Below, in pieces: positions 50,028 through 58,049 of a DNA stretch of 64,000 nucleotides. The translations under genes and the position numbers were made by a program. The notes under the pieces are model-generated. The model had not been told where the DNA came from. It saw nothing but the letters and a program-made list of their open reading frames with translations, and did no database searches. The stretch is from assembly GCA_017477185.1 (NCBI GenBank), contig JAFUXF010000035.1:100851-164850 (forward strand), given 5' to 3'. Each line of letters opens with the position of its first letter. The stretch's first letter is position 1. The DNA is from Alphaproteobacteria bacterium (lineage in GTDB: Bacteria > Pseudomonadota > Alphaproteobacteria > RF32 > CAG-239).

Positions 50028-51560
50028 TTACTTTACCAACAAAGAATTTCCGTTCATCTCTTGAGGTTTGGCGATTCCGAGCAAATCAAGAAGTGTTGGC
50101 GAGATATCAGCTAACTTACCTTCCTTCATAGATTTAACCGGCATATCACTATTATACAAAACAGCCTGAACTTTACCAACCGTATGTGCCGTATAAGGCT
50201 CACCGGTTTTTTCATCAATCATTTTTTCGGCATTGCCATGATCTGCGGTAACAAGCAACACACCATTAACAGACTTAATAGCACGCATCACCCGTCCCAA
50301 ACACTCATCAACCGCAGCAACTGCTTTTAAAACAGCATCCATTTTACCGGTGTGCCCAACCATATCACCGTTAGCAAAGTTGCAGATAATCACGTCAAAT
50401 TTCTTGTTTTCAATCACATCAACCAAATGTTCTGTGACTTCGTAGACCGACATTTCCGGCTTTAAATCATAAGTCGCAACTTTCGGGCTCGGAACCAAAA
50501 TTCTGGATTCGCCTTTAAACTCCTTTTCTTCCCCACCGTTAAAGAAGAAAGTCACATGAGCGTATTTTTCGGTCTCGGCAATACGCAGCTGCGTCAACCC
50601 ATGCTCGGAAACAACTTGACCGAAAATATTATTCAAAACCTCCGGTCCGAACAAAGTTTTCATAAAGCGGTTGTGATCAACCGAGTACTCTGCCATACCG
50701 ACAGCCATTGATAAATTAAGAACTTTCTTGCGCTCAAATCCGTTAAATTCCTTATCTGCCAAAGCATACAAGATTTCACGAGCTCTATCGGCGCGATAAT
50801 TTGCCATCAAAACGGCATCACCGTCTTTAATTCCCTGATAATCACCGACAATACACGGAACAACGAACTCGTCGGTAACTTCTGCTTTATAAGAGGATTC
50901 TATCGCTTCAGCTGCGGTTGCAAAACGTTGTCCCTCGGCAAATGCCATTGCATTATAAGCCTTTTCAACACGATCCCAACGTTTATCACGATCCATCGCA
51001 TAAAAGCGTCCGGCAACAGTTGCAATTTTAACACCTTTCATACCGGCGATAGATTTTTCAAAATCAGCAACAAACTCTTTTGCCGAAGACGGTGGCGTAT
51101 CGCGCCCGTCCAAAAAGGCATGGACAGCAACTTTTATACCGTTATCTGACAAGACTTTACACAAAGCAACAATATGCTTTTGATGAGAATGCACCCCGCC
51201 CGGCGACATCAACCCCATCACATGACAAGTCCCGTTATTTTTCTTCAGTGTATTGATTAAGTCGACTAAAACCGGATTCTTTGCAATCGAACCATCAGCA
51301 ATAGCCTGATCAATTCTCGGCAAATCCTGCATCACCACGCGACCGGCACCCAAATTCATATGACCAACCTCAGAGTTACCCATTTGCCCGTCCGGCAGCC
51401 CGACAGCCAAACCGGAGGTTTCGACCAAACAATGCGGATAGTTATCAATTAAATAATGCCAATTCGGCGTATCCCCGTTTTCAATTGCGTTATCCGGTGT
51501 AATCGGGCGGCGATATCCCCACCCGTCTAAAATCAAGAGCATAACTGGTTTCTGTGTCAT
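50028..51560 (-). CDS. gpmI: 2,3-BPG-independent phosphoglycerate mutase
   Basis: ILDGWG, MGNSEVGH, AETEKYAHVTFF, NGDMVGHTG, TADHGN. Confidence 0.98.
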   Translation of the reverse strand: MTQKPVMLLILDGWGYRRPITPDNAIENGDTPNWHYLIDNYPHCLVETSGLAVGLPDGQMGNSEVGHMNLGAGRVVMQDLPRIDQAIADGSIAKNPVLVDLINTLKKNNGTCHVMGLMSPGGVHSHQKHIVALCKVLSDNGIKVAVHAFLDGRDTPPSSAKEFVADFEKSIAGMKGVKIATVAGRFYAMDRDKRWDRVEKAYNAMAFAEGQRFATAAEAIESSYKAEVTDEFVVPCIVGDYQGIKDGDAVLMANYRADRAREILYALADKEFNGFERKKVLNLSMAVGMAEYSVDHNRFMKTLFGPEVLNNIFGQVVSEHGLTQLRIAETEKYAHVTFFFNGGEEKEFKGESRILVPSPKVATYDLKPEMSVYEVTEHLVDVIENKKFDVIICNFANGDMVGHTGKMDAVLKAVAAVDECLGRVMRAIKSVNGVLLVTADHGNAEKMIDEKTGEPYTAHTVGKVQAVLYNSDMPVKSMKEGKLADISPTLLDLLGIAKPQEMNGNSLLVK

Positions 51561-51853
51561 TTCATTTCCTTTTCTTAAAACCCAAAATTATTTTGCGCCT
51601 ATTATATATAAGAAAACCAAATAAAAAAACATTATTTGCAACTTATTGACTCTAAAAAAACTATTCAGCCGAAATGCTATCTTACATCATCGTCACATAA
51701 AGCTATCTTATCCTTGCAATAGTCGGTGGCTATTGTGTGGTATGAGGACCACTCAGAAAGTGCCTGTGCAAGGCATCATTTGCACACTTTCCAGTATGAC
51801 TGAAAGAAAGCTGTTGTCATAAAAAACACAACTAAAATACAGGATCACAAATA

Positions 51854-52267
51854 TCAATTGAATTTTATTTTTCTTCTAATATTGAGAACTGTTGTTACCA
51901 CGAGAGCAATTCCTAACAAAATACCCTTTATTATATAGCCCCAGCTAATATATTCTACCAGTATCGAGTAATATTCTTCACCTTTATATGCTGCCATAGC
52001 TTGCTGATACCCAACAATCATTTCCGGAATCATAAAAAATATTAAATCAATGCATATCAATATTCCTAAACATTTGATATATGTCTCTATATAAGGATGT
52101 TTTTCAAAGAAACTCAAAAATTTAAAATGTTTTTTTATGCATAGAGTTATTAAACTTCCTATAAATGTCAGAAATAAAATGATTTGAATAAAATCATTCG
52201 GAAATAAAAAAGAGAGGATAAAATAAATACCACCCAGATTGAATAAATCATTCCAAAACGTTTTCAT
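51854..52267 (-). CDS. Small hypothetical membrane protein (immunity-like)
   Basis: AGGAG RBS, about 4 TM segments, AT-rich. Confidence 0.7.
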   Translation of the reverse strand: MKTFWNDLFNLGGIYFILSFLFPNDFIQIILFLTFIGSLITLCIKKHFKFLSFFEKHPYIETYIKCLGILICIDLIFFMIPEMIVGYQQAMAAYKGEEYYSILVEYISWGYIIKGILLGIALVVTTVLNIRRKIKFN

Positions 52268-52329
52268 TTTATCTCTCCTTTTTCATTATTTGTTTTCTTG
52301 AGGCTTTAAGTCTTCATAAGTTAGTTGTC

Positions 52330-52806
52330 CTAATCACAAATATCAAAAGCACATTCCTTAAAATTTGAATTATCCGGCAAAACACATTTTTTCATACATT
52401 CTTCTTCCCTAACATTTGAATAATGCACATATAAAGAGAGAAGAGCCAAAATTACCCAATAACAGATATTTTTAATCATCCAAGTGTTTTTGGTTTTATA
52501 TTTTATATAATTTTTAAGTTGAAAACATAGAACGATAGGAATTATAAGAAGATATATTTTGCAAGCATAAATAAAAATTAAATCTGTTATGACAAACAGT
52601 GCCATCATTTTTTTTCCTATCGAAGTATCAAAAAAATCTCCGTCTATTCCGAAAACACATAGCACCCCAGCTAAAAAAATTATTAATAGCAAAAAAGAAT
52701 AAAAGACTATCTTAGCAGAAAGCAGACTAATAAAATTGCAATTAATATTTGATTTTAATGTTTTCCAATTCATAGAGTTTATCCCTGTTTGTGATATAGA
52801 ACACAT
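52330..52806 (-). CDS. Small hypothetical membrane protein with Cys-rich C-terminus (immunity-like)
   Basis: About 3 TM segments, ECMKKC...KECAFDIC tail, AT-rich. Confidence 0.65.
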   Translation of the reverse strand: MCSISQTGINSMNWKTLKSNINCNFISLLSAKIVFYSFLLLIIFLAGVLCVFGIDGDFFDTSIGKKMMALFVITDLIFIYACKIYLLIIPIVLCFQLKNYIKYKTKNTWMIKNICYWVILALLSLYVHYSNVREEECMKKCVLPDNSNFKECAFDICD

Positions 52807-52832
52807 AATAATATCTTAAAAATTTTCTGCAA

Positions 52833-53513
52833 CTATTTATTATAAGGATTATAATACTGTTTCATTAAACTCTCACAATTTGCTGTCGGGTGAGTAAATC
52901 CTTGAGCCAGCCCATCGATATTTGCTTTCATATCTTGCCAAGAATCATTTAATATTTCTCGGTAAGTTTTATATGGACCAATTCCTTGGCGTAAGTTGGC
53001 AGATTTTTCTATAATATCTCCAACTTCTTTTCCTATGCTGCCAAAAGCTGTTGCTCCAGCAGATAATAAACCTCCTTGAGCGCCTGTACAGCTTACTGTT
53101 GCGTGTTTATATTTATCATACATATTCAAGGGATGTAGTTTGCGATATTCATCAACAGCTTTTCCCATAGCAATACCCGAAGATATCGGATTAAAAGTAT
53201 TTTTTACTTGGTTTATACCATCGATTAATGTATTTTGCCAATTTTGCATTGGGCTTGTTCCGTCATTCGCTTGCATATTATTCTGTGCAAATTGCGTTGG
53301 TTGACCGAAGACAGTATTTTGCGATTGCAAATACGGGTTTGGTGTATCAGCTGATGGGACATCGACTGTTTCGATATCGTTTAATGAAGTCCAATCATTT
53401 TGCCCCGGTACAACATAATAATACTCGCTTTCTCCTACTTTCGGATTAGTTCTTCTTAATGGCTTTTGACCACTAAAAATACTGTTTAAGATGTCAAACG
53501 TTTCTCCTGACAT
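52833..53513 (-). CDS. Hypothetical protein with C-terminal serum-amyloid-A-like domain
   Basis: DKYKHA..SC and DSWQDMKAN..G align by eye to SAA DKYFHA..NY and DS.ADQAAN..G; AAGGAG RBS. Confidence 0.65.
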   Translation of the reverse strand: MSGETFDILNSIFSGQKPLRRTNPKVGESEYYYVVPGQNDWTSLNDIETVDVPSADTPNPYLQSQNTVFGQPTQFAQNNMQANDGTSPMQNWQNTLIDGINQVKNTFNPISSGIAMGKAVDEYRKLHPLNMYDKYKHATVSCTGAQGGLLSAGATAFGSIGKEVGDIIEKSANLRQGIGPYKTYREILNDSWQDMKANIDGLAQGFTHPTANCESLMKQYYNPYNK

Positions 53514-53874
53514 TTTCGTTTCTCCTTATTAAATTTTTATTTCCTTTCAATAATAGTGATTAACATTGTTGTAAAACCCTGTTTTAAGTGACAGAATCTC
53601 ACAACATTTTACTATCATATTTTTCTCAAATTATCAAGATATGTTATAATTCTAAACACAACAATCTATTTTTTAGTTAAATTTCATATGGTTAACAAAA
53701 CTTTTCCTGTTAACAAAATATCATAATGTTATATTATTTTCTACAAAACAATAAATAAGCCGATTACTCACTTTATGTATATTTACGCTTTATCTCCTTT
53801 TACCAATAAACAATTGACTTATTTCTTTTTGAGTATACAATCGACAGGACACTGACCATTATGGAGTTTATTAT

Positions 53875-54867
53875 ATGCTATATCCCTCTAAATTAAAACA
53901 AGGTTCACACATTCGAGTTATTGCTCCTTCCAGAAGCTTTAAAATTATTTCTGACGAAACGAGAGAAATTGCTAAAAAACGTTTTGCAGATATGGGAATA
54001 ACCGTGAGTTATTCTAAACATTGTGATGAGATTGATGACTTCGTTTCATCTTCAATTGCATCCAGGCTTGAAGATTTACATGAAGCTTTTGCGGATAAAA
54101 GTGTTGATGGCATTTTAACCGCTATTGGAGGGTTTAATACTAATCAATTAATTGATAAAATTGATTACAATCTAATTAAAAACAATCCCAAAATATTATG
54201 CGGGTTTTCCGATATTACTTGTTTATGCCATGCGATAACAGCAAAAACAGATGTTGTAACATATTCCGGACCTCATTTTTCAAGCTTTGGTATGGCAAAG
54301 GGGTTTGATTATACGTTGGACTACTTTAAGAAATGTTTATTTAATGAAGAGCCTTACCAAGTTTTCCCGACAAAAGATGTTAGCAATGATGCTTGGTTTA
54401 TGGATCAAGAAAATCGGACATTTACCCCAAACGATGGTTTCTGGGTACTAAACGAAGGTCAAGAAAACACGTTAACAGGAAAATTAATTGGTGGTCATGT
54501 CCGTTGTTTGAGTTCTTTGCAAGGAACAAAATTTTGGCCATCATTAAAAGATTGTATTTTGTTCTTAGAAGAAGATGAAGAAACTAATGCCGTTTTATTT
54601 GATCGCTTATTGCAATCCCTTATTCATCAAGAAGATTTTAAATATGTTAAGGCATTGATTATTGGTCGTTTCCGACCCGAATCTGAAATTAACAGAAATC
54701 TATTAGAGCAAATAATCCAAACTAAAGATGCTTTAAAAAAATTACCTGTTATTGCTAATTTTGATATCGGACATTCAACACCGATTATTACTTATCCGAT
54801 AGGTGGACAAATTTCTCTCACAATACGAGGGAGAAATCAGCCGATTATTAAAATTTTGGAGCATTAA
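53875..54867 (+). CDS. S66 peptidase (LD-carboxypeptidase / MccF-like)
   Basis: IRVIAPS, IGGFNTNQL, GFSDIT, LFLEED, DIGHS. Confidence 0.92.
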   Translation: MLYPSKLKQGSHIRVIAPSRSFKIISDETREIAKKRFADMGITVSYSKHCDEIDDFVSSSIASRLEDLHEAFADKSVDGILTAIGGFNTNQLIDKIDYNLIKNNPKILCGFSDITCLCHAITAKTDVVTYSGPHFSSFGMAKGFDYTLDYFKKCLFNEEPYQVFPTKDVSNDAWFMDQENRTFTPNDGFWVLNEGQENTLTGKLIGGHVRCLSSLQGTKFWPSLKDCILFLEEDEETNAVLFDRLLQSLIHQEDFKYVKALIIGRFRPESEINRNLLEQIIQTKDALKKLPVIANFDIGHSTPIITYPIGGQISLTIRGRNQPIIKILEH

Positions 54868-54891
54868 AAAGAGGGAATATTCCCTCTTTTT

Positions 54892-55338
54892 TTATCTTAC
54901 ATGTCTATTTTTCAGTACATCAGCTAAAATCAGATTGAAAGAATTTTTAGTTTGTTGTTCTTCAATAGTGTTTGTTTTTTGAGTTTGTGTTTGAGGATAT
55001 ACAAAACTCATAATTTTTTGAGTAAAAATTCCTTCATTACTGCCATATTCTAAAAGTTCATACTGGTGTAGCGTTTTTCTGAGGACTTCTTTCGGTAAAT
55101 CAGCCTTATCGGCACAGTCTCTCATAATTTCAAGATATTTTTTCATAAGACGATTGGTATTTTCTTTGTTAGACGGCTCCAAACCGTCATTATATAAAGC
55201 CATACTTGTAACAATGGCATCTTCCATTTTAACACGAATATATAGAGTTACATGACTTCTTAGTTCCGGATATTGCTCTTCAATATTTTGAAAATCATCC
55301 TTTAATCCATGACATAAAACACAATCTTTTGACATCAT
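54892..55338 (-). CDS. Hypothetical protein
   Basis: Start placed at ATG 55338; the track start (55416) lies inside a repeat. Confidence 0.6.
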   Translation of the reverse strand: MMSKDCVLCHGLKDDFQNIEEQYPELRSHVTLYIRVKMEDAIVTSMALYNDGLEPSNKENTNRLMKKYLEIMRDCADKADLPKEVLRKTLHQYELLEYGSNEGIFTQKIMSFVYPQTQTQKTNTIEEQQTKNSFNLILADVLKNRHVR

Positions 55339-55363
55339 CAGCCCCCATTTAAACTCTCCGCCA

Positions 55364-55808
55364 TAGTAAGATTTAGAAGATAAAAAAGCGGAGCGTACAC
55401 TGTGAAATAAAAACAATCCTGTGAATTGTTTTTATGAGCCAAGCAATGAGACTTGCTTTTGTGAGTGAGTGTAAACAATACGAAACAAAAGCTTTAGTCG
55501 GAATTGGTACGTGAGGATACTTTTGTCTTGCAGGCAACACCCTAATCGACCATGCCACCTCAAAAACTCAGATAATGAGCCGAGTAGCAGGAGTTAAAAG
55601 TGAAAAAAGCGCAGTGTACATAGAGGTACATGAGCATTTTTTAGCTTGCAAACAACACCCTAATCGACCATTACACAAGTTTTATCACGCATTTTCAAAA
55701 ATAACGATAAATTCGAAAAATAGTAAGATTTAGCAAAAATTGCGACGGGCGCGTACTTTGGGCGGTACGTAACCGAGCAATTTTTGCTAAATCTGCACTA
55801 GTTTTCAA
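55364..55808. repeat. Array of three RPE-like elements (55364-55553 with a nested insert, 55562-55684, 55712-55808)
   Basis: Cores gcggagcgtac/gtacgtgagga, gcgcagtgtac/gtacatgagc and gcgcgtac/gtacgtaac; shared ends caacaccctaatcgaccat and aaatctgcacta. Confidence 0.8.
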
Positions 55809-57610
55809 TTTTGCGTTGTTTTTATCATCACGCGACGCCATATCTCTGCGGGCAGCGTCCCTCCCGTCACACCCCTCATTGGAGAATTATCATCATTACC
55901 GACCCAGACCGCACAGATATATTTTCCGGTAAAACCGACAAACCAGGCATCACGATAGTCTTGTGATGTCCCTGTCTTTCCGGCGGCATAAAAAGGCAAT
56001 TGCGCCCGACGACCGGTTCCACGATTAATGACATCTTCAAGCATAGAGTTCATCTGCAAAACGGCCTCTGCATCTAAAATACGACGAGGCTCATCAGGCT
56101 GACGCATATAGCGTTCAAAACCGTCACGACTGAATATTTCTAAGATTCCATACGGCCATACCGCGTACCCACCGTTAGCCAAACTGGCATACGCCGCCGC
56201 CATATCCAAAACCTTAACTTCTGAGGTTCCGAGAGACAAAGTCGCATCGTTGACAAGTTGGGTTGAAATCCCCATCCGCTTTGCATTGGCAATCACTGAC
56301 TTTCGCCCGATTTTTTCTGCCAAATCAACCGTCGCCAGATTATAGGATTTTCGCAAAGCTTCGCGAAGTGTCACTGTTCCATGATATTTTTTATCAATAT
56401 TTTCGGGTTTCCATTTTCCGATAGCAATGGCCGTATCTTCGATTGTATCTTCGGGAGAATACCCCATTTGCAGTGCCGTTAAATATACAAACGGCTTAAA
56501 GGCTGATCCCGGCTGTCGCAGGGCTGAAACAGCGCGATTAAACGGACTTTTATCATAGTTAACACCTCCGACCATCGCCCGTACGGCTCCGTCCTTAGAC
56601 ATCACCACAATAGCCCCTTGGCTCACATTTTTACCCTTGTTGGCAGCAATTGCCTCCGCCAAGATTTTCTCTGCCGCCTCCTGAATATCCTGATCAAGCG
56701 TGGTGTGCACATAAACATCTTCTTCGCGTTCACCCAAAATTGCATTAACATCATTATAAATCCAGCTGGCAAAATATTTCCCGCCATTGACCTTATCGGA
56801 GATTTCCGGTCCCAAGCGCATTGTTAACGCCTGTTTCATCTGTTCTTTTGTAATCAGACCGGCATTAACCATATTCTGCAACACAACTTTTGAGCGCTTA
56901 TCGGCCTGTTCTTTGCTGGCTATCGGATTATATTTAGACGGGGCTTTGAGCATACCGGCCAAAATCGCGGCTTCCCGCAAATTCAAATCATCTGACGACT
57001 TCTGGAAATACTTATTTGCCGCCGATTCAATCCCGTATGTTCCGTTTCCTAAGTAAACCCGATTCATATACAACGCCAAAATCTGATCTTTAGAAAACTT
57101 ATGTTCCAGCCAAAAGGCTAATAACAATTCTTGGACTTTACGCTTTATATTTTTTTGCGACGTCAAAAACAGATTCTTAGCCACTTGTTGCGTAATCGTA
57201 CTTCCGCCCTGAACATAACGACGATGAATGGCGTTTGTAATCATCGCCCGTGTAAAAGAAATAAAATCAAACCCGAAATGCTGATAGAAGCGTCTGTCCT
57301 CGGTTGCTACAATCGCCTGAGAAACATATTTTGGCAACTCGTCCGGCATAATAATAGAGGAGTAGACACTGCCAAATGACATAATTTCATTGCCGTTTTC
57401 GGCGGTAATTGTTGTTGAGGGCTGCCGTGTCCGACTGATTGCCGCCTCAATATCAGGCATTGTCAAATAACAATAACCGACATATCCGCCAATCACCACA
57501 AACAACACCATAAAAATTATCAACAGAAATTTAAGGAGTCCTCTTTTCTGTTTTGACCTACTTTTCCGACGTTTCTGAGTCTTCTTTTTTGTTCGAGTCT
57601 TTTTTGCCAT
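55805..57610 (-). CDS. Class A penicillin-binding protein (PBP1A family)
   Basis: EDRRFYQH, GGSTITQQVAKN, RQPGSAFKPF, SYN, GKTGT. Confidence 0.95.
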   Translation of the reverse strand: MAKKTRTKKKTQKRRKSRSKQKRGLLKFLLIIFMVLFVVIGGYVGYCYLTMPDIEAAISRTRQPSTTITAENGNEIMSFGSVYSSIIMPDELPKYVSQAIVATEDRRFYQHFGFDFISFTRAMITNAIHRRYVQGGSTITQQVAKNLFLTSQKNIKRKVQELLLAFWLEHKFSKDQILALYMNRVYLGNGTYGIESAANKYFQKSSDDLNLREAAILAGMLKAPSKYNPIASKEQADKRSKVVLQNMVNAGLITKEQMKQALTMRLGPEISDKVNGGKYFASWIYNDVNAILGEREEDVYVHTTLDQDIQEAAEKILAEAIAANKGKNVSQGAIVVMSKDGAVRAMVGGVNYDKSPFNRAVSALRQPGSAFKPFVYLTALQMGYSPEDTIEDTAIAIGKWKPENIDKKYHGTVTLREALRKSYNLATVDLAEKIGRKSVIANAKRMGISTQLVNDATLSLGTSEVKVLDMAAAYASLANGGYAVWPYGILEIFSRDGFERYMRQPDEPRRILDAEAVLQMNSMLEDVINRGTGRRAQLPFYAAGKTGTSQDYRDAWFVGFTGKYICAVWVGNDDNSPMRGVTGGTLPAEIWRRVMIKTTQN

Positions 57611-57692
57611 AAATCAGTCCTTGCAACGAGTCGCAAACTATTTTATATTATATCGCAGAGTTTAGCACAAAAACATTAAAAGAAGTTTTACG

Positions 57693-57890
57693 ATGACCAA
57701 TCAAATTGATATAAATTCTTCTCTTTATCAAAAATTGCAAACCATAGCGGCTGAGCAAAATTGTGATTTGCGGGAATGTCTGGAACGCGCCCTAAGCGAC
57801 TATATCGACACTTACGGAGATTGCAAAAACAGCGACTTGGAAAACCTCAATCGTAGCGAACGTGCCTTTTTCTTATCCGTCGCCGAATAA
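57693..57890 (+). CDS. Small ribbon-helix-helix-like protein
   Basis: IDINSSLYQKLQTIAAEQ...LERALSDYID pattern. Confidence 0.55.
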   Translation: MTNQIDINSSLYQKLQTIAAEQNCDLRECLERALSDYIDTYGDCKNSDLENLNRSERAFFLSVAE

Positions 57891-57943
57891 TTTTCCTTTT
57901 GAATTAAATAAAAACTCGTATATATTGCTTAACAAGAGAATTG

Positions 57944-58022
57944 TCATCACGAGCAGAGCGCGGTGATCTCGGCAAAATAAAAATACCGAAAGAGCCTCAT
58001 CTCCCAAAAGATTCGCGATAAC
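57944..58022. repeat. GTCAT-tagged REP-like palindrome
   Basis: gtcatcacgagcagagcgcggtgatct...gattcgcgataac; relatives at 60956-60982 and 62165-62257. Confidence 0.45.
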
Positions 58023-58049
58023 AATAAATCCACTACCAAAGGAAAATTT

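Noticed and set aside
51690-51830. Hammerhead ribozyme, TPP or ZTP riboswitch
   Set aside because: Required cores (CTGATGA...GAAA; CTGAGA...GAACCTGA; GCCGTCCGCCTGGGC) are absent
55339-55558. N-terminal extension of the 54892 ORF and ORF 55373-55558
   Set aside because: Both lie inside RPE-like repeats
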